Source: Actinobacteria bacterium UBA7524 (GTDB lineage: Bacteria > Actinomycetota > Coriobacteriia > Anaerosomatales > UBA912). Taken from it: 34,363 bases of DNA. Where the stretch lies: positions 1 to 34,363 of the forward strand of contig DLMY01000015.1 in NCBI GenBank assembly GCA_002478275.1, read 5' to 3'. The position numbers were made by a program, and so were the translations under genes. Every line of letters starts with the position of its first letter. The stretch's first letter is position 1. The notes beneath the pieces are model-generated. The model had not been told where the DNA came from. It saw only the letters and a list, made by a program, of their open reading frames with translations, and searched no databases. Positions 26,046 to 34,100 of the stretch are shown in pieces.

Positions 26046-27602
26046 CTACTCACCGGCAGGGCGCACGATGCGCCAAGAATCGACTGTTCGCAGCGCGTAC
26101 TCCTCGAAGGGATTCGCCCTGACACCTTCCAGTCCCCTGGACAGGACCGACTGCTCCCTACGTTCGTCCCACTTCACGACGTGGAGTTCTTCGAGCCTGG
26201 CCCAGGCAGCCGCCAAAGCCGCTCGCAGCTCTCCGGGATCGCCTGCGTCACGCATCGCGTCTGCATGCCGATCGAGTGTGTCGTCAGAGACTCGCGAAAG
26301 GTTGAGCCCCGATACGTTCTCGTTCGAGGGGACGTCCTCGCTCCGGTATGGCCACGCCCATCCGTACGGGATGCCGATGGGGAACTCCAGGAGCGCGATA
26401 TCGAACTGGCCGATCGCGGCGAACCCTTCACCCGCGTAGTCCGTATAGGGGAACGTCGGGTACTCCTCGACCCGGCCGCCGAATGACTCCATGTCGATGT
26501 CCTGGATCCGATCGCCTTCCTCGGCCGACATCGGGTTGAACACCACCGCGATCTCCAACTCCTCGCCGTCTTTCTGACGGTGCCCATCGGGCTGCAGGCG
26601 CCAGCCGGCGTCCTCCAGCGAGGCGTCGAGAGCGTCCCTGTCTTGTAGCGGTGGAGAGATCGGGAAACCATAAGGGCCTTCCTCGGCGGGTTCGACGGAG
26701 ACGGTGGCCAACGCCGAGAAGGCCTGCCGTACGGCGAGATCGGCGGTCGGACGACCATCGGAGAGATTCATCACGAATGCCTGCCAACGGGAGCTGGGCA
26801 CCGAGTCGAAGCCCTCACTACCCACCGGGCCTACCGGGGGTGAGAGCCAGGCGCCATTGACGACAGACTCCCAAACCGTCCGTGCATTCGCGTCGTTGTC
26901 CATGAAGACGATGGTGACTCGCGGCATCGTATCGTCGACAGGGGTGACGTCCACCTGGATGCCACGTAGGTGCCGAGTAACGGAGCGGTCCCTGGAGCCG
27001 ACAGGATGGATCCAGAAGTCATCAGAAAGCAGGTCGGGCGAGTCAGCCAACAGGTGTTTCGGCATCACGTACGGGACGAATCTCCACGCGAACGGGGCAT
27101 CAGGATCGGCCAAGGTCAAGCGGACGGTGTGCTCGTCGAGGGCGACGACCTCACTCACCTCAGAGACCCGGACACCTGGGTCATCGCTCAGGATGCCTGC
27201 ATCGATCAACTCCCACGTGAACACAACGTCATCCGCGGTCAGGGGTTCTCCGTCCGCCCACTCGGCCGTCTCGTCGAGACGATAGGTGATCTGCGTCCGG
27301 TCTGCGTTCATTCCTCCGTTGGCCACAGTCGGCACTTCCACCGCCAGATCAGGTACGGGCATACCCCTGTCATCGACGGCGAACATCCCACGAAACAGTA
27401 GCGCGCCTATCTGGCGGCTCGACAAGACGTTCGTATACGGATTGAGATTCACGCCGGGAGGACCCACGAGCACTGTGATGAACGGCGGCGGCGCCTCGAT
27501 GTCTGAGACGTCCGGCACGCAGCCGGCGAGAAGCATCACCGCGCACAGCAATGAGACGCCGATTGAAGCGCGCAAGCGCCTAGTCGAGATGGTGAATGAC
27601 AA
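26046..27602 (-). CDS. Family 5 (peptide/nickel/heme class) ABC substrate-binding lipoprotein with no adjacent permease or ATPase
   Basis: TTG start at 27602 after AAGGAGG; lipobox LAGC; LNPY..LF.GM..PVPDLA.EVPT..NGG..YRL...WADGEPLTADDVVFTW..ALDEHTV is the family 5 signature. The C-terminal half is divergent. Confidence 0.85.
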   Translation of the reverse strand: MSFTISTRRLRASIGVSLLCAVMLLAGCVPDVSDIEAPPPFITVLVGPPGVNLNPYTNVLSSRQIGALLFRGMFAVDDRGMPVPDLAVEVPTVANGGMNADRTQITYRLDETAEWADGEPLTADDVVFTWELIDAGILSDDPGVRVSEVSEVVALDEHTVRLTLADPDAPFAWRFVPYVMPKHLLADSPDLLSDDFWIHPVGSRDRSVTRHLRGIQVDVTPVDDTMPRVTIVFMDNDANARTVWESVVNGAWLSPPVGPVGSEGFDSVPSSRWQAFVMNLSDGRPTADLAVRQAFSALATVSVEPAEEGPYGFPISPPLQDRDALDASLEDAGWRLQPDGHRQKDGEELEIAVVFNPMSAEEGDRIQDIDMESFGGRVEEYPTFPYTDYAGEGFAAIGQFDIALLEFPIGIPYGWAWPYRSEDVPSNENVSGLNLSRVSDDTLDRHADAMRDAGDPGELRAALAAAWARLEELHVVKWDERREQSVLSRGLEGVRANPFEEYALRTVDSWRIVRPAGE

Positions 27603-28782
27603 CCGCCAGCCCTCCTTCGGTCTCCCGGATGGAGTAAAGGCCGTCTTCGCCCAGGCGCATCGGCATCCGTCCTTGCCATGCCGAGACGTACGAGAACGGC
27701 ATGATGATCGTCGAATCGACAGTGGCATCGAGATCGATCACAAGCACCTCGACATGTGGCTCGTTAGCCGAGATCCAACCCGCAGCGAGCTGCCGTGGAC
27801 GACCGCGGTCGACCTGGGGCTCGGTCGCGAGGTAGAGGCGCGAGTCGCCATCCACGCCGAGCAAGCGATAACGGCGCGGCACACGGATGCTGCGACCCTC
27901 GGAGCCCACCAGTGTGACCACATCACTCACGGTCGGCTCCAGCCCCAAGACCCTCGTTGCGAACGTGTAGGGCTGTCCGTCCCACCCGTACCCCCACAAC
28001 TCCACCGCGCCTTCATCAGCAGCGACGTCATCAACCTGGACACCGTCTCTTGCGACGGGGATGAGCACGTCCCGGGAGTAGATGACCTGCTCCTGATGAT
28101 CCACGTCTGACGGCGTCGCTGAGGCATACAAGACGCCCTCGGAATAGCTGAGACCACCACTGTTGATGCTCAGGGGAATCGTGTAAGTGGTCGCGACCGA
28201 ACGTTCGATGTCGAACAGCACGGCCCTCTCGCTCGGACCTCCGGCCTTAGCGACCACGTAGTTGAAGCCGCCCGGATGCGGCCGGAAGTGCGTGGACCCG
28301 CCGGGCGCATCATGCCTGCCGAGGAGTTCTCCCCGCGCCGAGAACCAACGCACACGAGCACCGAAGACATCGGCGGGATGGTCGACCACGAAGATGGCCC
28401 CTTCCGACCCGAACACCGCCTCTATGGTGGACCTGGTCGCCAACTCACCNNNNNNNNNNNNNNNNNNNNNNNNNNNNNNNNNNNNNNNNNNNNNNNNNNN
28501 NNNNNNNNNNNNNNNNNNNNNNNNNNNNNNNNNNGTGGACCTGGTCGCCAACTCACCGAGCCGAGTGGCATCGAGAGGACCATCGCCCCACGGCAAGAAC
28601 AGGATCTCCTCGGCAGGCCTGGAGGACCCCCTGACGGTACCCAGGTCGAGATCGACGTAGTCCGCTTCAGGCTGATCGATATCTTCCTGCGAGCCCGAGA
28701 AGAAGGTGATCACCCCAACGCCGAGAACGGCCATTACGGTCACGGCGGCGATGACCAGCTGTTTGCGGTAGCGTCGAATCAC
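27580..28782 (-). CDS. N-terminally anchored extracytoplasmic protein, possibly a degenerate NHL/beta-propeller (about 364 aa once the gap duplication is removed)
   Basis: Basic N-terminus plus TM helix; repeated short beta-strand patterns (EGAIFVVD..RVRWFSARGELL, EGVLYAS, GVDGDSRLYL, GEDGLYSI). Confidence 0.7.
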   Translation of the reverse strand: MIRRYRKQLVIAAVTVMAVLGVGVITFFSGSQEDIDQPEADYVDLDLGTVRGSSRPAEEILFLPWGDGPLDATRLGELATRSXXXXXXXXXXXXXXXXXXXXXXXXXXXXXGELATRSTIEAVFGSEGAIFVVDHPADVFGARVRWFSARGELLGRHDAPGGSTHFRPHPGGFNYVVAKAGGPSERAVLFDIERSVATTYTIPLSINSGGLSYSEGVLYASATPSDVDHQEQVIYSRDVLIPVARDGVQVDDVAADEGAVELWGYGWDGQPYTFATRVLGLEPTVSDVVTLVGSEGRSIRVPRRYRLLGVDGDSRLYLATEPQVDRGRPRQLAAGWISANEPHVEVLVIDLDATVDSTIIMPFSYVSAWQGRMPMRLGEDGLYSIRETEGGLAVVIHHLD

Positions 28783-28797
28783 AGTCTCGAGACTCCT

Positions 28798-29595
28798 CTA
28801 GTACGGCTTGACCAGTGGGATATCGAAGAAGTGCCAGGTATCAGGGAAGAACGACCACACGAAGTAGGCGGCGATCAACAGCGGCAAGACAAGCAGGACT
28901 GCCATATCGAAGCGTCTTGAACCCCAACGATAGAAGAGGCGCCCATGTATCACCACCCCATAGCTCAACCAGGTGACCAGAGCGAGGGATTCAACGATGT
29001 CCCACTGCCAGAACGTACCGAACAGTACGAACGAGTACCATGCGCCTGTCGCAAGCATGCCGGTGAAGCCTGCATAGCCGATCATGAGCAGTTCGGTCAT
29101 CAGGTCATCGGACCGCTCGGCGGGAAGGCCGAGCGGGCGCCCGCCGATCACGCGGACTGCGGCGAGCGAGGTCACACCAAGGAACGATACGAGCGCTATC
29201 CATGCGAAGACCGCATGGATGTCCACCCACAGCGACTGTTCGGAGATCGTGAGAGGGACAGGCTCCGAACGGAACTGGAGGCCGTAAGTCATCGAAGCCA
29301 AAGCCCAGGGAACAGCCATCCTCCACAAGTCTTCGAGATCCCTCCTGACAAAGCCCACGACGGTCGCGGTGGCGAGAAGCGCCCATGCGAGCGTGTAGGT
29401 GTTCTCGAAGGTACCGAAGATGGGCGCATGCCCTGAGACGGCCCATCTGACCGCAAGCCCGAGAGTCGCAGACAGCGCTGCAGCTGTGGTGGAGAATCGC
29501 CCAAAGCGCAGAGCGGACCGCCACTGAAGTGCGATGACGGACAGAGCCACCGCGCCGGCTGTGAGCGACAAGGTAATGATGTGCAGTGCGCTCAT
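28798..29595 (-). CDS. ccsA: System II cytochrome c synthase subunit CcsA/ResC (copy 2, divergent)
   Basis: RWAVSGHAPIFGTFE, QSLWVDIHA, FGTFWQWDIVES, YGVVIH, TWH. The true start is probably ATG 29786 if the N gap collapses. Confidence 0.9.
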   Translation of the reverse strand: MSALHIITLSLTAGAVALSVIALQWRSALRFGRFSTTAAALSATLGLAVRWAVSGHAPIFGTFENTYTLAWALLATATVVGFVRRDLEDLWRMAVPWALASMTYGLQFRSEPVPLTISEQSLWVDIHAVFAWIALVSFLGVTSLAAVRVIGGRPLGLPAERSDDLMTELLMIGYAGFTGMLATGAWYSFVLFGTFWQWDIVESLALVTWLSYGVVIHGRLFYRWGSRRFDMAVLLVLPLLIAAYFVWSFFPDTWHFFDIPLVKPY

Positions 29596-29782
29596 GGCCG
29601 TGCTCNNNNNNNNNNNNNNNNNNNNNNNNNNNNNNNNNNNNNNNNNNNNNNNNNNNNNNNNNNNNNNNNNNNNNNNNNNNNNNNNNNNNNNNNNNNNNNN
29701 NNNNNNNNNNNNNNNNNNNNNNNNNNNNNNNNNNNNNNNNNNNNNNNNNNNNNNNGCCTCATGGCCGTGCTCATCGCCGCGC

Positions 29783-31069
29783 TCATCCCAACACCCCTGC
29801 CTGACGGGCCAGCCGGATCAGGCGCCCGCGTCCGGCTTCCCTCCCCCTCATGTCGGTCCAACCGTCGATCATGAGCCCCTCATCCGTTTCCCAAGCCATC
29901 ACGTCATGTCTACGCAAGAAGAACCGCCACGCAAGACCGATGAGCGTCATCAACAGCGACAGCAGCACGAGAGGCAACCCGGGTGCCGTGGTCAGCCGGA
30001 AGGTCCCGTACCGGGACAGCTCGGGGACGCTGATCTCGTAACCGTCGACCGTAAGGGAGTCCCCTAGTCGCAGGAGTTCTCTCGCCTTCAGTGGTCCTGC
30101 TCGATCACCAGTCTGAACGGACATCAGGAACGCCGGTTCGACGATGTTGTACGACATGGAGACGTTACGGCCGTCGACGACACCGTAATCCGGGTATGCG
30201 ATCAACGACACGTACAGTGGAGAGACCGGGATCTCGGCACTGTCCTCGGTACCGGGCGGTGAGAGGTTCATTGCTATCACGTGCTCCTCGCGCTCTCCTG
30301 CCCAATCGACGACCGCGATGTGTGGCGCAAGGTTGTAGTCCTGGATGCTCAAGACACGGACAGGATCGATCCAGTAAGGCCTGGCCAAAGAGAATTCCTG
30401 CTGTGTGCCCGCAGGCGTCTCGATACGAGCTGTCAGGCGCGTGAACAGCAGGACGTCCTCATAGTACTCAGGCGTGATCGAGACCAGCCGGTGATGACGG
30501 ATCGATGACGGCAACAGGAGTTCCTCTTCGGCTGTCCACCCGGCCTCAGCGAAAGTCTGCCCTTCTGTGACACGTAGGCTTACGGATTCCACTGTCGCCG
30601 AATGGAGTGCGAGGGACAGTCCAACAGCCACGATGCCCACGTGAAACACCGACCCGCCGAGGAGAGAATAGCGGTTCACGGTCGCCCGGAGTGCTTGATC
30701 CTCACGCGTCACCCGATAGCCCTGTGATCGGAGCCATGCTTCAATATCGTCGCTGCCCACCGGAAACGGGCCTTGTGCTGCCTCGGTGGGCGTAGGCCGG
30801 ACCGAAGCATCGCGTCGGCGCCAGTCCTTCTTGATCCGAGAGTAGGTGCAGACTGTGGTGACGACCGCTGTGGCGAGGTAGACGATTCGAAGAGCGAACC
30901 AGTCCTCGGCTATCGCCTGCACCGTCGCCTTGCTCTGGCCGGTGAACTGGAACGGCACAAGCCACACAAGGGTCAGGACTATCCAGGCTCCGATGACCCA
31001 GAAGGACACCGCCCTCGAGCTGAGGAACAGACGTGCACGAGTAAGAAACCGAGCAACAGTGTCCGACAT
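29783..31069 (-). CDS. ccsB: CcsB/ResB-like protein (copy 2, divergent)
   Basis: Same layout as copy 1: FLSSR..TM..Q, TTVCTYSR, GGSVFHVG (TM His), VTEGQTF, large soluble domain, C-terminal PG-TM. Start at 31069 (ATG) or 31078 (TTG). Confidence 0.82.
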   Translation of the reverse strand: MSDTVARFLTRARLFLSSRAVSFWVIGAWIVLTLVWLVPFQFTGQSKATVQAIAEDWFALRIVYLATAVVTTVCTYSRIKKDWRRRDASVRPTPTEAAQGPFPVGSDDIEAWLRSQGYRVTREDQALRATVNRYSLLGGSVFHVGIVAVGLSLALHSATVESVSLRVTEGQTFAEAGWTAEEELLLPSSIRHHRLVSITPEYYEDVLLFTRLTARIETPAGTQQEFSLARPYWIDPVRVLSIQDYNLAPHIAVVDWAGEREEHVIAMNLSPPGTEDSAEIPVSPLYVSLIAYPDYGVVDGRNVSMSYNIVEPAFLMSVQTGDRAGPLKARELLRLGDSLTVDGYEISVPELSRYGTFRLTTAPGLPLVLLSLLMTLIGLAWRFFLRRHDVMAWETDEGLMIDGWTDMRGREAGRGRLIRLARQAGVLG

Positions 31070-31093
31070 CTTGTCCAATCGAGAGTCACACGC

Positions 31094-31128
31094 CCCCTGC
31101 CCGTCCCAGGAAGGCGGGCGGGCAGGGG
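31094..31128 (-). terminator. Strong GC hairpin between the cytochrome gene and ccsB (terminator or mRNA stabiliser)
   Basis: CCCCTGCCCGTCC (31094-31106) pairs with GGGCGGGCAGGGG (31116-31128), 10 nt after the stop; no U tract on the coding strand. Confidence 0.65.
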
Positions 31129-31138
31129 TTCTGCTGGA

Positions 31139-34100
31139 TCAGTACGAGTACTGAAGTTCAGTATACGTGTCCGGCGTGTGCTTGATACAGGCTGAGTAGT
31201 TGTCCTGCGGGAAGGTCGTGCTCTTCTGCAAGGTGTAGCAGCCAACTGTCGTGGTGCCCTTCTGATGCTGACTCCAAGAGGCGCCGTTCAGGAAGCGTTG
31301 GCCCATGTAGTTGGCTGCACCCGTATAGGTCGAGGCGCCCGGAGCGTAGGTCATGCTGCTGCCGTGGATGGCACCTGACTGGACTACCGTGTTCGCGGCG
31401 AAGTTGAAGGAGTTCTCGTCCTTGCGGCCGCCGTGACAGTGTAGACAACTCGAGAATTGCAGCGCCGTGCTGTTATAGGTGCCTGTGTTGTAGCACGAAC
31501 TCGACATACGGTTGTGGTTCATTCGAGACAGGAGTGAAGTTGGCGACGAGGGAATGGCGTTGTTCTGGCCATAGACGTCAGCTCGGTGGCAGTTCACGCA
31601 GAAGTTCGCGCCGGCAGTTGACGGCGGGTTGACCACGGAGCCGTTCTGCAACGTAGTCTTGACGTTCACGTCCACGCCAGTGAGTAGCCAGCGGTTGGTC
31701 GAACCGTGCGGTCCCGACGGGCCTGTCGGGTCGTTGTTGTTGTGACAATCGGTGCACACCACAACGCTCGTCGTCAGCCAGCCATCGGTGAACGTGTTCG
31801 ACAGACCGTTGTTGTTCGTCTCACTCGCGCCGTCGTTGAGGCCGTTGTTGTTGTAGTCGATCCACTTGCGGGCGGCATTACTCGCCCAGGCAGGGTTCGC
31901 GTTTGTGGCGGGCTGGTTCAGGCCCTGTTTGAAGATCGGATGGTATGAGAGGTTCATCGGGTTGAAGTCACGTCCGACGTCGGTCTGCTTTCCACCGGTC
32001 TGGCCGGCGAGGTTGACCGAAACGTTCGGCGGAGTGGTCGTGTATGCCCACGCAGAGTGGCACTTCAGGCAGAGCTGCCACTGATAGGACGATGAGTTGA
32101 CCTTGGAGTACGTCGGAGCCGACGGGTTGCCGCTCGTGCCCGAACCGTTCCAGGTGCCGTCGGCGTTCGCGCCTGTGATGTTCACACCCCAGACACCGAC
32201 GTTGGCACCGGCTATCGCGGGCGGCGTGCTACCGCGGAACACACCGTTGCTCGGCCACGGCGTCCGGCCTTTCTGGGCGGCATGGACGTTATGGCAGTCT
32301 TCGCACTCGACATGGCGGTTACTCGCGGGGTTCCAGCCGGAGGCGGTGCTCTCGTCGGTCTTATGCACGCCTGCCTTGGCACCGACAGGATGCGTATAGG
32401 TCTTCGCGAACTGTGCTTGGATGTTGCGGGAGTTGGCCGTCATCGCCGTGCCGCCCGGATTGACGCCGTAACCGTCAGGGCCCGCGCTGCTGCCGAGGCC
32501 ATGGCACTTGTAGCACAGGTTCTCCTCGGTAGCCGTACTCGAACCGGCGAGGGCAGCTCCAAGCGCCTTAGCGAGACGGTCTTCGGCGGACTTGTGCAGA
32601 CCGAGCTTGTAGGTCGAGCTCATCTTGCTGCCGGTGTCCATCTCGTCGTCGTGGCACTTGATGCAGTTGGCCCGGAAGGCGGTGCCGTCATTGAATCCGA
32701 CCCTGGCCGCATCGTTGATCACGTAATTGTGAGCGGATGCGGCATAGCCGGCTCCTGAGATCGGCGGAGTCGCCGCCGACCCACCTGTCTTCTGCTTGCT
32801 GACGTCCTTGATGCGAGTGGTGCTGTGGCAGCTGACGCAGATTCCGTAGTCACCACTGGCGATGAAGTCGGTGTTCGTGGCATTGGTTGGCGCTCCGCTG
32901 TTGTCGTTGATGCTGACTCGCAGGTTGTTCGCCTTGTTGTTCGGCCCACCTTCGGGAGTGAAGTTGTGGTGATCGGTGTGGCAACTCACGCACGTCAGGT
33001 TGTCCTTGCTCGTCGGGTAGGAGGGATTGTCCTTGGGGGCCTGTGTCGCATCGTCGAGCACGTGATGGAAGGTGGTCGTGTCACTGGTCATCGTCGCGTG
33101 GTTCGGATGACACGTGTTGCACGGCTTCCCGCCCTTGGACAATGCATGGGCGGCATCCTCGTAGTTCGGATGACAACCCGTCGGGCCGCCACACGTACGT
33201 TTGGCGGACGTCATGTCCTTGTTCTTGGCATCGTGGCAACCGGCGAGCGTGCAGCCACCACTCGCATTCCGATGCAGGTTGTGCAGGTCGAGAGGTTCCG
33301 TCCAGGTGTGGCAGCCAGACCTGGTGCACTGATCCGGGCTCGCAGGCTGCGTGCCCGCGACCGTCGGCGCAGTGGTCGCATTGTGCATGACCTGCGTTGC
33401 GCCGAGGACGCCTGACGCATGGCAGTGGTCGCAGCGACCGTTCCAGTTCGGCGCGGTTCTCTTTGCGATCTCGCTGACCGTGGCGTTGTAGTTATGGCAC
33501 TCGGTACACGTCACGTACGTGCCCTTGGTCTTGGAGCTGAAGCCGCCAGCGGCGCCACCGTGCCCTGCCCGCATGGCGAGGTCGTGGCAGTCGCCACATG
33601 CTGCTGAAGCGGTTCCTCCGGCGCCGACGTTACCCAGTCCGACGGTCGCGGTATGGAGCGAGGCGACATAGTGGCTGTCGACCGGTTCGACCGTATCGGG
33701 CGCGCCGACGAAGTTGCCGTCATGGCAACGGACACACTCCATGCCGGACCCTGCCTTCCAGGTCTCGTTCGAGAACGTGGGACTCGTATGGCAGGCGCCG
33801 CTCAGGCAGCCGCTGGAGGGGTGGAACTCGACTGCGGCGTTGACCGGCAACGGCGCGGTCACTCCGTGACAACCGGCTCCGGAGTTCATGCAGCCTGTCT
33901 CGGGGCCAGCACCGCTACCGTCACTGTAGTTGCTGACAACGGTGGCCTGGTGCAATGTGTCGTGAGCTGCGCTCGCGTGACAGGTGGCGCACTCGACGTT
34001 ATCGACCGTCGAACGGATGTCTGACCACCCATCTCCGCCGTGGCAGATGTTGCAGCCGTCGTTGGTCTTGCCGTCGATCGTCCCGCCGATCGTGGCCGGG

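Noticed and set aside
28427..28557. Apparent direct repeat (GELATRS twice) flanking N gap 28450-28534
   Set aside because: An identical 23-nt sequence on both sides of the gap is typical of unmerged contig overlap; collapsing it keeps the frame.
29596..29782. Possible intergenic region or small ORF (29592..29861) between ccsB2 and ccsA2
   Set aside because: Mostly N; the flanks share CTCATGGCCGTGCTC, and collapsing gives a normal ATGA-coupled junction.
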